Assembly (NCBI GenBank): GCA_031409655.1
Contig: JANNXQ010000108.1
Location: 1-26,717, forward strand
Reading direction: 5' to 3'
Origin: Chthoniobacteraceae bacterium
GTDB taxonomy: Bacteria > Verrucomicrobiota > Verrucomicrobiia > Chthoniobacterales > Chthoniobacteraceae
Length of the DNA stretch: 26,717 bases
Shown: piece after piece, positions 6,886 through 16,507 of the stretch
How positions within the stretch are numbered: position 1 is the stretch's first letter
Layout: every line of letters begins with the position of its first letter
Made by a program: the position numbers and the translations under genes
Notes under the pieces: generated by a model
What the model was told of the DNA's origin: nothing
Database searches by the model: none
What the model saw: only the letters and a program-made list of their open reading frames with translations

Positions 6886-7758
6886 CTACTCCTGCGCCGT
6901 GGCCGACAATCGTCCTTCGTCACCCAGCTTGTTGTGGTTCCAGTAGTCGAGCTTCAGGCTCTTCCGCAGCTTCAGCCGCCCGCCATCCGCCTGCTGCCAT
7001 TCGCGGAGGAGATGCGGTGCTTTCGCATCAAGCGTGAAGCGATCCTTGCCCGCCGCATGCGCCACTTCCACGTCGATGGTCTGCGCGCCGGCCACCCACT
7101 TCACCGTCGCGGGGGAAAACTTCACGTCTCCCTTCTTCGAACCAATGATCGTCGGTGCGAGCGGCACTACGAATTCCCCGCTCCCCTTCGCGAAGTCGAT
7201 CGTCCGCACGCGCACCGGCAGCTCGTCGTAGAAGATCGCGTCCTTGCCACCGCGCACCGTCTCCGCTCCCGCCGCCATCCCCTCCCAATACGTCCGCCAT
7301 TCATAACTCCACCCACTGCCCAGCCAGGCCGCCGGCCCGGCCAGCGCGCGGAATTCCTTGTAGGTATTCCCGCACGAATCATTGCTGGTCAGCGTCGCCT
7401 TCACCAGTCGCCCGGAATCCGCGCGCCAGAAGGCCGAGTGCATCTGCTGATAGACATACACGCCAGTCGGGATGCGCAGGATTTGGTTCAGCTTGATCAC
7501 CGGATAACTCCCGCCCGCGCTCCCCGGCTCCGCCTTCACCAGTTCGCGATTCGAGAACGGCTCGCACACCAGGATGTGCAGCACCTCACTCGTCCGCGCC
7601 TGCCCATAGCGCATCTGCTGCGCGTCAAAGGTCGTGAACTCCGCCTGGCCATCGCCCCAGTAGGATTCGTCCTGAAAAAATTCCGCACGAAACTGCGCGC
7701 CACCCGTGGAGACCAGCGCGAGGAGGAAAACGGCGATGAGCGAAGGAGTCGTAGTCAT
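6886..7758 (-). CDS. Conserved secreted hypothetical protein
   Basis: Signal peptide followed by YWGDGQAE...RYGQAR...LKLN-like VIKLN...TGVYVY...DSCGNTY...YDELPV...LDYWNHN. Resembles an uncharacterised bacterial family; strong GC3 codon bias. Confidence 0.8.
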   Translation of the reverse strand: MTTTPSLIAVFLLALVSTGGAQFRAEFFQDESYWGDGQAEFTTFDAQQMRYGQARTSEVLHILVCEPFSNRELVKAEPGSAGGSYPVIKLNQILRIPTGVYVYQQMHSAFWRADSGRLVKATLTSNDSCGNTYKEFRALAGPAAWLGSGWSYEWRTYWEGMAAGAETVRGGKDAIFYDELPVRVRTIDFAKGSGEFVVPLAPTIIGSKKGDVKFSPATVKWVAGAQTIDVEVAHAAGKDRFTLDAKAPHLLREWQQADGGRLKLRKSLKLDYWNHNKLGDEGRLSATAQE

Positions 7759-7765
7759 GCTCGGC

Positions 7766-7774
7766 AGACTAGCA
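7766..7774 (-). promoter_or_regulatory. Extended -10 element for a probable leaderless transcript of 6886-7758
   Basis: Minus strand reads TG-C-TAGTCT-N7-ATG, with no Shine-Dalgarno sequence. Confidence 0.45.
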
Positions 7775-7986
7775 TCCTGGAGGCTCGATCAAAACGCTTC
7801 ATTCGCGCGTGCAGAACAAGTGCACGGAAGCCGACATTCAGAAGCAACCTGCGGCCGACGATGGTCCAAGCACCGCAACCGCTGGCGCGCGTCAGACGGT
7901 GCGCCAGCAAGCCCCTCATCCCCGATGACTCACTCAGGGATTCTTTCTATTGACGCGAAGCGCGCCTTCTCATTAAAAGAGTCGGT

Positions 7987-8880
7987 ATGAGAAATAAACG
8001 CCACCTTGCTCTCGTCGCCACTGCCCTCGCCGTCGCCATTCTTCCCTCCGATTCCCGCGCCGCGCTCGCCTATACCATCGACAACGCGCAGACCCTGCTC
8101 CGCTTTGACACGGCCACCCCCGGGTCGCTCACCACGGTGGGCAACTTTTCCGGTGCCACCTCTTTCCTCGACGGCATCGACTTTCGCCCCTCGAACGGTC
8201 TCCTCTACGGATACTCCTTCATCAATAATTCCGTCGTGATCGTGGATCCGAACACGGCCCTCACCACCTTCGTCTCCACCTTGGGCACCGCTTCGAATAC
8301 TTTCGATCTGGGAGTCGATTTCAATCCCGCGGCCGATCGCCTGCGCCTGGTGAATGCGAACGATCAGAACCTGCGGATCAACGTGGCGACCGGCGCGACG
8401 ACCGTTGACGGCCTGCTTGCCTATGCCGTGGGTGACGCGAACTTCGGGATCAGCCCGACCATCAACGACGCCGCCTACACGAACAACGATACCAACCCAG
8501 CCACCGGCACGCAGCTCTTCTACGTGGACTACGGCACGGACACCCTCGTCTCCACCTCAAACCCGAATGGCGGGGTGCTCAATACCGTTGGTTCGCTGGG
8601 GGTGAATGCCACCGCCTTTCTCGGCTTCGACATCTTCACGAACCCCTTCACCGGCTCGAATACCGCCTTTGCGATTCTCGACGTGGCGGCCGTGACTGGC
8701 CTCTACAACATTGATCTCACCACCGGCGCCGCGACCCTCGTGGGCGGAGTCGGGATCGGCTTGAATACGCCAGCCGGCCTCGCCATCTCCACCGCGGTAC
8801 CGGAACCCGGCAGCGCCCTCGCCGGGGCCATCGCCTTGGGCCTCTGCGTCAGCGGGCGGCGGCGCCGCGCGAAAGCCTGA
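7987..8880 (+). CDS. DUF4394 domain protein with a PEP-CTERM sorting signal
   Basis: Signal peptide; GIDFRPSNGLLYG, GVDFNPAADRLRLV, QNLRINVATGATTVDG, AAYTNN; C-terminal VPEP, hydrophobic helix and RRRRAKA. Confidence 0.88.
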   Translation: MRNKRHLALVATALAVAILPSDSRAALAYTIDNAQTLLRFDTATPGSLTTVGNFSGATSFLDGIDFRPSNGLLYGYSFINNSVVIVDPNTALTTFVSTLGTASNTFDLGVDFNPAADRLRLVNANDQNLRINVATGATTVDGLLAYAVGDANFGISPTINDAAYTNNDTNPATGTQLFYVDYGTDTLVSTSNPNGGVLNTVGSLGVNATAFLGFDIFTNPFTGSNTAFAILDVAAVTGLYNIDLTTGAATLVGGVGIGLNTPAGLAISTAVPEPGSALAGAIALGLCVSGRRRRAKA

Positions 8881-9044
8881 GGCTTTCGTAAAGTCCCCGA
8901 CTGGATCGCAGCCCGCGGAGGGAAGGGGGCGGCTGCGCGTAGTTTCCAAACTTGGGCTGAGCAAACTGGGCCGCGTCGGCGCAATTTCCGATCGACGCTG
9001 CCCAGCTCCCTCTTCAAGACCGCGACCGTCCGGGTGGGTCGTGC

Positions 9045-9617
9045 TCAGTGCCCGTTCGTGGCCGCATCCGCCTTGGCGGTGGCGAGCATGAGACGATCCG
9101 TCCAAGCGAGGACGAAGGCAGAGATCAGGAAGGTGAAGTGAATGGCCACCTGCCACAGCACCGCCTGGTCATTGACGACCGCACCCGGCACGCGCACTTC
9201 GATGAAAGTCTTCAGCAAATGGATCGAGGAAATGCTGACCAGCGCCATGGCCAGTTTCACTTTCAACATCCCGGCATTCACATGGCTGAGCCATTCGGGA
9301 GTATCGGCGTGATCGTCGAGATGCAGGCGCGAGACAAAGGTCTCGTAGCCGCCGACGATCACCATCACGAGCAGGTTGGCGATCATCACCACGTCGATCA
9401 GCCCGAGCACGCCGAGCATGATGAGCGAGCCGGCGTCGGTGACTTCGCCGGGCTGATGGAGGGCTAAGTGCAGCAGGTGCCAAAGTTCCAGCATGAACTG
9501 CCAGACATAGACGCCCTGCGCGACGATCAGCCCGAGGTAGAGTGGTGCCTGGAGCCAGCGGCTGGCGAAGATCGTTTTTTCGAGGAGTGATTCGGCGGCG
9601 GGGTTCTTTGGCGACAC
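9045..9617 (-). CDS. yqhA: YqhA / UPF0114 (TIGR00645) family membrane protein
   Basis: IFASRWLQAPLYLGL, VLGLIDVVMIANLLVMVIVGGYETFVSRL, PEWLSHVNAGMLKVKLA, ISSIHLLKTF. GTG start 10 bp after the upstream stop. Confidence 0.9.
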   Translation of the reverse strand: MSPKNPAAESLLEKTIFASRWLQAPLYLGLIVAQGVYVWQFMLELWHLLHLALHQPGEVTDAGSLIMLGVLGLIDVVMIANLLVMVIVGGYETFVSRLHLDDHADTPEWLSHVNAGMLKVKLAMALVSISSIHLLKTFIEVRVPGAVVNDQAVLWQVAIHFTFLISAFVLAWTDRLMLATAKADAATNGH

Positions 9618-9627
9618 GCCTGAGGGA

Positions 9628-10866
9628 CTACCGGCCCGCCGCGCGCGCGTCGAGTTCCGAGAGCTTCAAACGCACGCTCATGATGTAAGCGGGCTCGCCC
9701 TCGGTCCAGTGGCCGTACGTGGTGGTGACGATGGTGCCGTCGGGCAGCAAATCCACAGCGGGATAGGTGCAGTCCGCACCCTTCGTATTGTCCATCATCC
9801 GCACGCGATACTGGCCTTCGCGGCCCGCGAGGATGTCCTCGTAAGTCCCGACCCACGCCACCCAGTCGCCCTTCGTCGGGCTCACATGAGTAGTGTCGCG
9901 GAAGCTGATGAAGAGCCGTCCATCCGGGGCGTAGATCGCGGTGTGGCGGTCGCCGGTCAGCGCTGCGGGCAGTTCCTTCGGCACGCTCCACGTGAGACCT
10001 TCGTCCTTCGTGGTGATGAGGAAGCTGTTGTACTTCCGGCTGTTTTCGCGGAGCAGCACGGCGATCTCCTGGCCATCCGGCGAACGCACTGCGCCCGGCT
10101 CGCAGAGACTCGCGTCCGGCAGCATCGCGATCGGCACCGGCACGCTCCACGTCAGCCCGCCATCGGTGCTGCGCACTTGATAGACGTAGAAGCGATACGG
10201 CTTCGCGGCGGGCGAGGTGTGCTCGCTGTGCGGTCCCTTCACGGTGTACTTTTTCTCCTCACCACCGATGATGAAGCGCCCGTCGTCGTGGAAGAGCGCC
10301 ATGTAGTGGCCGGGTGGCTTGAGTTTCACCACGGAGGCCATGGTGACGACGCCGCCGAAATTTCCGATCGGCTTTAGCTCGCTCCACGTCGCGCCGTCGT
10401 CCTCCGTCACCGCCATGCGGATGGGATACAGCCCGCTAAACATGATGATGCGCTTTTTTCCCGCGGCATCCACGACCCGGTGCAGCGTCGGCACTTCGAG
10501 CGAAGTCTCCCACGATTTCGGGGTTGGCAGGCGATCGCTCCACGTGAGCCCGCCGTCGGTGCTGCGTTTATAGACGATCGCCCCGCGACCGTGGCCTTTC
10601 GGATAGACGATGAGCATCGTCTTCCCATCCTCGAGCAGCACGGTCGTCGGGTGCCCGAGATACTGCCCCGCCTCGCGATCGACCAGCACCTGGCGCTGCT
10701 TTTCAGCGGAGATATCGACGGTCGGAATGGTGTAGCCGGGCGCGAGCGTCGTCTTCAGATTTGTCGGCAGCGCGACGGTCGTGTCCTTCTTTTGCAAAGC
10801 CGTCTGCTGCGCGCAGACGGTGGCAGTGAGGGCGAGCAGGACGGCAGGAAAGTGGGGGACCTTCAT
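9628..10866 (-). CDS. Secreted BNR/Asp-box beta-propeller protein (sialidase family)
   Basis: Signal peptide; Asp boxes RSTDGGLTWS (twice), TEDDGATWS and TKDEGLTWS; C-terminal DCTYP. Substrate unknown. Confidence 0.85.
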   Translation of the reverse strand: MKVPHFPAVLLALTATVCAQQTALQKKDTTVALPTNLKTTLAPGYTIPTVDISAEKQRQVLVDREAGQYLGHPTTVLLEDGKTMLIVYPKGHGRGAIVYKRSTDGGLTWSDRLPTPKSWETSLEVPTLHRVVDAAGKKRIIMFSGLYPIRMAVTEDDGATWSELKPIGNFGGVVTMASVVKLKPPGHYMALFHDDGRFIIGGEEKKYTVKGPHSEHTSPAAKPYRFYVYQVRSTDGGLTWSVPVPIAMLPDASLCEPGAVRSPDGQEIAVLLRENSRKYNSFLITTKDEGLTWSVPKELPAALTGDRHTAIYAPDGRLFISFRDTTHVSPTKGDWVAWVGTYEDILAGREGQYRVRMMDNTKGADCTYPAVDLLPDGTIVTTTYGHWTEGEPAYIMSVRLKLSELDARAAGR

Positions 10867-10922
10867 GCCTCGTATGAGGCTTGAGACGCGCGGTCTCTTT
10901 GCGGGAATCGCTCAGGAAACAT

Positions 10923-11031
10923 CTGGGAGCGCCGCCGTCCCGTGCGGCATCGAATCGTTGCGCGCAGCGCCTGAAACAATGTGGCGCTTCGCGCGATGGC
11001 AGGCAGCCGCACGGGACGGCGGCGCTCCCAG
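10923..11031. repeat. REP doublet, family B (GGGAGCG ends), 26-bp perfect inverted arms
   Basis: CTGGGAGCGCCGCCGTCCCGTGCGGC (10923-10948) and its exact reverse complement (11006-11031), with extra pairing inside. Begins 2 bp beyond the cytochrome stop codon. Confidence 0.9.
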
Positions 11032-11033
11032 GT

Positions 11034-12419
11034 TCAGCGCCGAAAGATGGGCGTCGGTTCCTTCCCATGCCGCACGAGCGGCCAGAATTTCGCGTAGTCA
11101 AAGGGCCGGCTGAATTCCCCGTGATGGCACTTGGTGCAATCCCCTTCCCCGAGCTTCCGAAAGTGAAAGATGGGATCGCCCGCACCCGTGCTCCGCTCCG
11201 CGACATGCTGACTGCCCGGCCCATGGCAACTCTCGCACCCGACGTCCGCCAGTTTCGCCCCGCGAAACTCCCGCCGATAGCCGCTCGGTGTCCGAAAACC
11301 AACGGTGTGGCAACCGATGCAGTTCGGATCGGCGTCAGCGCCCGCATGCTTCAGGGTGGCGAAAGCGTGTGCGTGACCCGTCTTTGCCCACGCCTGCGTG
11401 GCCGTCGCGTGGCAGCTCGCGCAGGCCTGACTGCCGGCGTAGGTCGCGGCAGTCTTCACGCCGGGAATCATGTCGCCCTGCAGATCCGTCGGGTCGTCCA
11501 GAGTGAGCTTCGCGCCGCGCACCTCGTCGCGATACGCCGAAGCCAGCGCGCGAATTTCCTCATTCTGCGGAATCTGATCGTTCACCAAAATCACCTCGCC
11601 CTTCAGCGGAGTCATTCGGCCGCGCGCCTCCAGCTTCACGCCGAGCGTGCCGAGCGCGCGCGACTGATTCGTGGTGGCGAGGAGCAGGCTGCGATTCTCC
11701 CGGGTCAAGGATTGCGAGGGCTGCTGCACCTTCCCGCCGAGGATTACATCGAGTTCGTAGAATTGTCGCGCCAGCGCCGCCATGCCCGCCTCGTCCGTGA
11801 AGGCCAGCAGCACGATGAAATCGGCCGCCTCCTTGAGCGTCGGCAGCAGACTTGCGAGCCGCGTCTCCATCTTTTCGATCATCAGTCCCTCCCCGAGGGC
11901 ATCGCCGAGTCGCGGATCGAGCACACCGACCAGCGCGATCCGCCACGCCCCGCGCCGCACGATGCGGTGCGACTCGAAGATCGGCTCACCCGTCGCCGCC
12001 GCGAGCAGATTGGCACTGAGCATCGGCACCGCCGCCTGCGCCTTCAGCTCCCGGAGCTGCGCGGCAGAGAGCGCGGCTTCGCGATGACCGACATTCAGCG
12101 CCTCGTAGCCGAGCTTCGCAAAGGCCTGCTGGAGGTAGCGATATTCGATCCGCTCGTAGTCCGCGGTGCCCTCGATGGCATCACCGACATCCACCTTCAA
12201 AGTGTCCGCCGTTGCGCCTTTCCCGATCATCGTCGCGATCCGGGTGAGTCCTCCAAACTGCCCCGTGAAACATCCGCACGGCACCAATCTCCCGCGCACA
12301 TCGCCGGTGAAAATGACCGTGAGTTCATCACCCGCCGTCGCGGCCGGTTTCCGGAGTGCAAACCACGCACTCCCAACGAGCGCGAGCACGACCATAGCCA
12401 CAACGAGCCCGCGCCTCAT
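11034..12419 (-). CDS. Tetraheme cytochrome c (c554-like) fused to an N-terminal 5'-nucleotidase/metallophosphoesterase-like domain
   Basis: Four CxxCH motifs: CASCH, CIGCH, CESCH, CTKCH. N-domain FTGDVRG..PCGC..GGLTR..VDVGD..ALNVGHRE..LSANL. N-terminal signal or anchor MRRGLVVAMVVLALVG; start at 12419. Confidence 0.88.
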   Translation of the reverse strand: MRRGLVVAMVVLALVGSAWFALRKPAATAGDELTVIFTGDVRGRLVPCGCFTGQFGGLTRIATMIGKGATADTLKVDVGDAIEGTADYERIEYRYLQQAFAKLGYEALNVGHREAALSAAQLRELKAQAAVPMLSANLLAAATGEPIFESHRIVRRGAWRIALVGVLDPRLGDALGEGLMIEKMETRLASLLPTLKEAADFIVLLAFTDEAGMAALARQFYELDVILGGKVQQPSQSLTRENRSLLLATTNQSRALGTLGVKLEARGRMTPLKGEVILVNDQIPQNEEIRALASAYRDEVRGAKLTLDDPTDLQGDMIPGVKTAATYAGSQACASCHATATQAWAKTGHAHAFATLKHAGADADPNCIGCHTVGFRTPSGYRREFRGAKLADVGCESCHGPGSQHVAERSTGAGDPIFHFRKLGEGDCTKCHHGEFSRPFDYAKFWPLVRHGKEPTPIFRR

Positions 12420-12439
12420 ATCGGGAAGCACCGCCGCAG

Positions 12440-12536
12440 TCGTTCGATGTTCGGTGTTCGATGTTCAATGTTCGATGTTCTCCCCGCAGCACCGGAAACT
12501 TCGAACATTGAACATTGAACATCGAACATCGAACGA
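12440..12536. repeat. Inverted 7-bp tandem arrays (TGTTCGA)n...(TCGAACA)n, copy 1
   Basis: Left arm 12440-12480, right arm 12501-12536, intergenic within the operon. Confidence 0.9.
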
Positions 12537-12563
12537 ATCCTTCCGACACCCAGCGCGCGCATC

Positions 12564-13493
12564 TCAGTAGAGCAACGCGTAGGTGAAGACGTTCACATTC
12601 ACCAGCACCGCCTCGACGATCATATTGCCGCCGCAGCAGCAGCAGCCCTTGGCGTTCGAGACATCGTTGAGCCCGTCTTTGGAATAGACCATCACGAGCC
12701 GTCCATTGACCTCCAGGCCTTCGATGAAAGCCTCGTTGCCCTTCTTGTCGGTGAGCCGGGCGATGCGATTCACCGTCGAGAAAACCGGATGCGACAACGG
12801 CAGCTTCACGAGCTTGTGCTCCGGGAAGACGAGCTTGAGTTCGTTGCGCAAGGCAGTGTCCCATTTCGGATCAGAGCAGCCGGGGCTGGAAAGAATGAAG
12901 CCGCCGTTGAGCACATAGCGGCGCAGATTTTCGCGCTCCTTTTTGGTCAAAGTGAACGCCTCCTCGCCCGACCAGACGCAGAAGGGAAAGTCGAAGACCG
13001 TGTCCGCCTCCAGCTTCACCGGCACGAAGCTCTGCCCGACGTTCAGGTTGGTGGCGCGCGCGACATCGGAGAGAAACTTGTCGGCGAAACAGATCGAACT
13101 CTTGTTCCCCGCATAGACAAGATTGCCGCATTGCAGCTTTGTCAGGTCCGCATTCGGCGCCTCCGCGGCCTTGGCGACGGCTGCCTCGAGTTCCTTCTGC
13201 TTCCGCTCCGCGGTCGCCCCCGCCCCTGCCCCGAATGCGTCCGCCGAGAGCACCCATGCCAGCAGCACGAGCAACGCGGGCCAGCACCTCCGAGGAGCAT
13301 GCCCGTCACGGGCGTTGGTCGCGGCGTCCCGCCGTGACGAACTTCCGTCACCGTCCTGAAGACCGGGCGGCAGCGGGATCTCCTTCATCGAAGAAAGTTC
13401 GTTTCGGCGAGACGCCGAAACCAACGCCCGGGACGGGCATGCTCCCCGGAGCTCCGGTCCGGACCCTGTCGTGAGACTATTCGCGGTGTTCAT
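12564..13493 (-). CDS. DUF4159 domain protein (secreted), with a REP element in its 5' region
   Basis: FDFPFCVWSGEEAFTLT..ERENLRRYVLNGGFIL, LPLSHPVFS, IEGLEVNGRLVMVYS..L, VNVFTYAL. The ATG overlaps the upstream stop (ATGA). The true start is uncertain. Confidence 0.82.
   Translation of the reverse strand: MNTANSLTTGSGPELRGACPSRALVSASRRNELSSMKEIPLPPGLQDGDGSSSRRDAATNARDGHAPRRCWPALLVLLAWVLSADAFGAGAGATAERKQKELEAAVAKAAEAPNADLTKLQCGNLVYAGNKSSICFADKFLSDVARATNLNVGQSFVPVKLEADTVFDFPFCVWSGEEAFTLTKKERENLRRYVLNGGFILSSPGCSDPKWDTALRNELKLVFPEHKLVKLPLSHPVFSTVNRIARLTDKKGNEAFIEGLEVNGRLVMVYSKDGLNDVSNAKGCCCCGGNMIVEAVLVNVNVFTYALLY
13288..13451. repeat. REP doublet, family C (GGAGCATGCCCGTC ends), inside the DUF4159 ORF
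   Basis: CTCCGAGGAGCATGCCCGTCACGGGCGTTGGT (13288-13319) versus the reverse complement of 13420-13451, 30/32 match. Inner hairpins followed by CGAACTT/AAGTTCG. Confidence 0.88.
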
Positions 13494-16396
13494 TTCGTGA
13501 TGGCCCGGAAGTACTTCTCCACGATCTCCCGATACTGCTCGATCGTCGCTTCGCCCTGGACGGCTTCGCTCTCGCGATTCGTCTCCTGCACGCCCCGGAC
13601 CACATCCGGCTTATCCAGCGCAAGCTCCGGCCTGGCGCCATCGGGCACCGCTTTGTTGAGGCCCTGGCCGCTGCGTTCCGCGCGATCACTTTCACTGATG
13701 CGCGCTTCATTGCCGAGCACGTTGGCATTCGGCCCCACCTGCAGCGCGTAACCATCGCGGCCCCCGTTCCCTTTCCCCTGCCCCGGCTTCTGTCCATCAC
13801 CGAACTTCTTGCACTGCATCATCTGCTGGAAGCTGTTCTTTGGATTCAGCGAGCGCTGGATGCTCATCTTCTGATCGAGTTCGTCGCTCATCTCGCCCTG
13901 CTTGCCATTGCATTGGGAAAACATCTTCTCCATCTCCCCGCGGAGATGTTCGGCGAGGTTGGCACCGTCGTTGCCGTTGCCGTCAGCCATCGCGCGAGTG
14001 GCGTTCTTCGCGTGAACCTGAAGACGCAGATCGCCCATCTTTTGCGCAAGTTGTTGCGCACTCTTCCCCGCTTGCGGAAATTTTTCCTCCGCCGCTTTCC
14101 CGTCCTCCCACAGCTTCTGCTCCACCGCGTCGAGTTCCTCGCCGATCTGCTTTTCCTGCGCCGCGAGATCCTTGAGCGCGAGTTGATCTTCGCGGGTCAG
14201 CGGGGTCGCGCGGGCATACGCCTTGGACTGTTCGGCGAGTTGCTGCTGCGCGGCGTAGAGATCCTTGAAACGGTTGATGTCCTTCACGATCTCGTGCATC
14301 AGGCTCAGGTCTTCGAGCGGCTGCGCGATCTGCTCCTGCGCCTCCTGCTCAGCCGCGCCGAGCTTCGCGAGTTGTTCGTCTGAGGCCTTTTTGAATTCCT
14401 CCAGTTGCTGCTGCTGCGGGGTCTGCGCTCCGGACTTTGCGGTGATCTGCTTCCGCGCCGCTTCGTTCTCCTTGGTCGCTTCGCGGATCTCCCCGGCCTT
14501 TTCCGCGAGCACCTTTTTCAGCTCCGACTCGATGTCGTAGAGCGGCTGATCGCGGACGAAATTCTCCATCGTGTCCGCGAGTTGATTGAACTGTTCGTTG
14601 GTCTCCTTTTGTTTCGCGAGCAGCGCGTCGAGCTGCTTCTGCATCGCCTCGCGCGCCTGCTCATCCAGCGCGGCCGCGAGCTGCTCTTTCTGCGCTGCGC
14701 TTTCTTCGCCCAGCTTTTTCTGCTGCTCCACGAGATCGTGGAAAGCGGCGAGCAGCTTTGAGTACTTGGCCTCGATGTCACTCATGTCGGTCTGCTCGCG
14801 GAGAAAGGAATTGTACTCTTCGGTGGTGATGACGGTGAGAGTGACCGTCTTGCTCCGCGCGAGATGCGGCTCCGGCGCATTGTCGATGGCTTCGGCGAAA
14901 TACGAGACCTTGTCCCCGCTGACCAGATTCAGCGCCGCGAAATCGAGATCGAAAGACTCGCGAGCGTTCAGCGTCGGCTTGTCGAAGGTCACCACGCGCG
15001 GCTCGCCGAAAATGCCATTCCGCGCAATGTGGATGCGCAGCGTCTGCACTCCGTAGTCGTCGCTCGCCTCAGCCACGGGTTGCACTTTGAAATCCAGCGC
15101 GACGAAGGCGTCCGCGTCGGGGTTCTTCACGTCCACCTCGGGCGGCAGATCATGAGTGACGGTGAGTGCGAGTTCCCACGTTTCCGTCGAAGGATGGCTC
15201 TCCGCATCGAGCATCGAAAATTTCAGCCGTCCCGAATTCTTTGCCACGATCGCCCCACTGACTTCCTGCTCGCCGCTGGCCACCAGCGTCCGGCGTTCCA
15301 CTTCACCCGGCGCTTTTTCGAGATCCACGGCACCTTCACTGAGCGGTCGGTTCGATTGCAGGCGGAAGGTCAGCTTGCTGCCTTCGAGCGCTTTCAGGCT
15401 CTTGAATTGCAGCGGCTGTTCGCGCGCCGCCAGCCCAGTGTATGCCGGCGGCGCGATCTTCACCCACGCCTGCTCGAGCTTCGGCGTGAGCACGATCCCC
15501 ACCCGGCGCTGCTTGCTCAGGCTGTGCCGCTTTTTCGTATGGGCGAAAACCACCAGCCCGCTCTTGATGCCCTCGATCTGCTGGGTGAAGCCGTGGTCGC
15601 CTTTGTCAAACATCGGCGCCGTGACTGCCTGCTCCGGATGGCCGACGGGATGATGCGTGAGAAAAAGTTCACCCGGCCGGTGACCGCTCGCGCGCGCCGA
15701 GACGAGCAGACTGCCACCGTAGATCACCTGCGTGGTGTCGTCTCCCGGGTTGGCGATCTCGAGGCGCGTAAAGGAAAACGGAGGATGATCGCCGAACGGA
15801 TCGAAAAAACGCGCCAGCTCCGTGCGCGTGAGGTCGAAGAAGAGCGCGCCAACCGCGACCATGCCGAGCAGCCACCAGCCGGCGCGCTGGGCCTGCCGTC
15901 GGAGCGGGTCCGTGCGCGCAAATTGTTCGAGCGGTTCGTGGCTCAGCGCCTCCGCGTAGCCAGCGACGGCCTGCCCCGCCATGTTCCGCGTGAGCGGCGC
16001 GAGCGCGGCGTCCGCCGCTTGCGCGCGGAGCTGCAGGAGATTCATCAACTTCGACCCGAGCCGCGGCTGACGACTCTCCAGCACGCGGGCGACGTGCTCG
16101 AAGCCGTTCCGTTTTCCCCACGCCAGCCACGCGCACCAGGCCACGCCCGCGAGACTGAGCAGGAGAAACGCGGCGCTCAGCGCGACCCGGGGGCCAGCGG
16201 CAAAGTGCAGCGCCACATCCGCCGCGAAGCACAGCGCGAGAAATCCGATGGCCCACGGCCACGAGCGCAAAAACCGGCTGCCGCCGCGCTCGACTTGCAG
16301 GATGCGATCCGCCGCTTCGAGCCGTCCACCGAGCTTCCCAAGTGAATCCGCTCCTTCGCGAACCTCAGGTCGGCGGACAGCAGCAGCGGAGCTCAT
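13490..16396 (-). CDS. Large membrane-anchored protein, DUF4175-like (three TM helices, beta-rich domains, long Q/E/K coiled coil)
   Basis: N-terminal TM pair, ARVLESRQPRLGSKLMNLLQL, DLPPEV...ASDDYGV...YFAEAIDN, long coiled coil, C-terminal QYREIVEKYFRAI. Start at 16396 or 16399. Confidence 0.78.
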   Translation of the reverse strand: MSSAAAVRRPEVREGADSLGKLGGRLEAADRILQVERGGSRFLRSWPWAIGFLALCFAADVALHFAAGPRVALSAAFLLLSLAGVAWCAWLAWGKRNGFEHVARVLESRQPRLGSKLMNLLQLRAQAADAALAPLTRNMAGQAVAGYAEALSHEPLEQFARTDPLRRQAQRAGWWLLGMVAVGALFFDLTRTELARFFDPFGDHPPFSFTRLEIANPGDDTTQVIYGGSLLVSARASGHRPGELFLTHHPVGHPEQAVTAPMFDKGDHGFTQQIEGIKSGLVVFAHTKKRHSLSKQRRVGIVLTPKLEQAWVKIAPPAYTGLAAREQPLQFKSLKALEGSKLTFRLQSNRPLSEGAVDLEKAPGEVERRTLVASGEQEVSGAIVAKNSGRLKFSMLDAESHPSTETWELALTVTHDLPPEVDVKNPDADAFVALDFKVQPVAEASDDYGVQTLRIHIARNGIFGEPRVVTFDKPTLNARESFDLDFAALNLVSGDKVSYFAEAIDNAPEPHLARSKTVTLTVITTEEYNSFLREQTDMSDIEAKYSKLLAAFHDLVEQQKKLGEESAAQKEQLAAALDEQAREAMQKQLDALLAKQKETNEQFNQLADTMENFVRDQPLYDIESELKKVLAEKAGEIREATKENEAARKQITAKSGAQTPQQQQLEEFKKASDEQLAKLGAAEQEAQEQIAQPLEDLSLMHEIVKDINRFKDLYAAQQQLAEQSKAYARATPLTREDQLALKDLAAQEKQIGEELDAVEQKLWEDGKAAEEKFPQAGKSAQQLAQKMGDLRLQVHAKNATRAMADGNGNDGANLAEHLRGEMEKMFSQCNGKQGEMSDELDQKMSIQRSLNPKNSFQQMMQCKKFGDGQKPGQGKGNGGRDGYALQVGPNANVLGNEARISESDRAERSGQGLNKAVPDGARPELALDKPDVVRGVQETNRESEAVQGEATIEQYREIVEKYFRAITK

Positions 16397-16402
16397 CATC
16401 GG

Positions 16403-16431
16403 ATGTTAGGCCCACCAGGTGGGGCGGTCAA
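16403..16431 (-). promoter_or_regulatory. Sigma70-type promoter for a probable leaderless DUF4175-like/DUF4159/cytochrome transcript
   Basis: Minus strand TTGACC (16431-16426), 17-bp spacer, TAACAT (16408-16403), then 6 nt to ATG 16396. Confidence 0.68.
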
Positions 16432-16507
16432 CGCACGGCGCGCCCGGCATTTCCGACATTGCCAAGGCCCCGAGCCACCCATTGAATCCCCGCCTTTCCG
16501 CGCCCTG

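Noticed and set aside
8871..9044. Several short hairpins between the convergent PEP-CTERM and yqhA genes as a terminator or structured RNA
   Set aside because: The stems are short or imperfect with no clear U-tract, so a specific call is not supportable.
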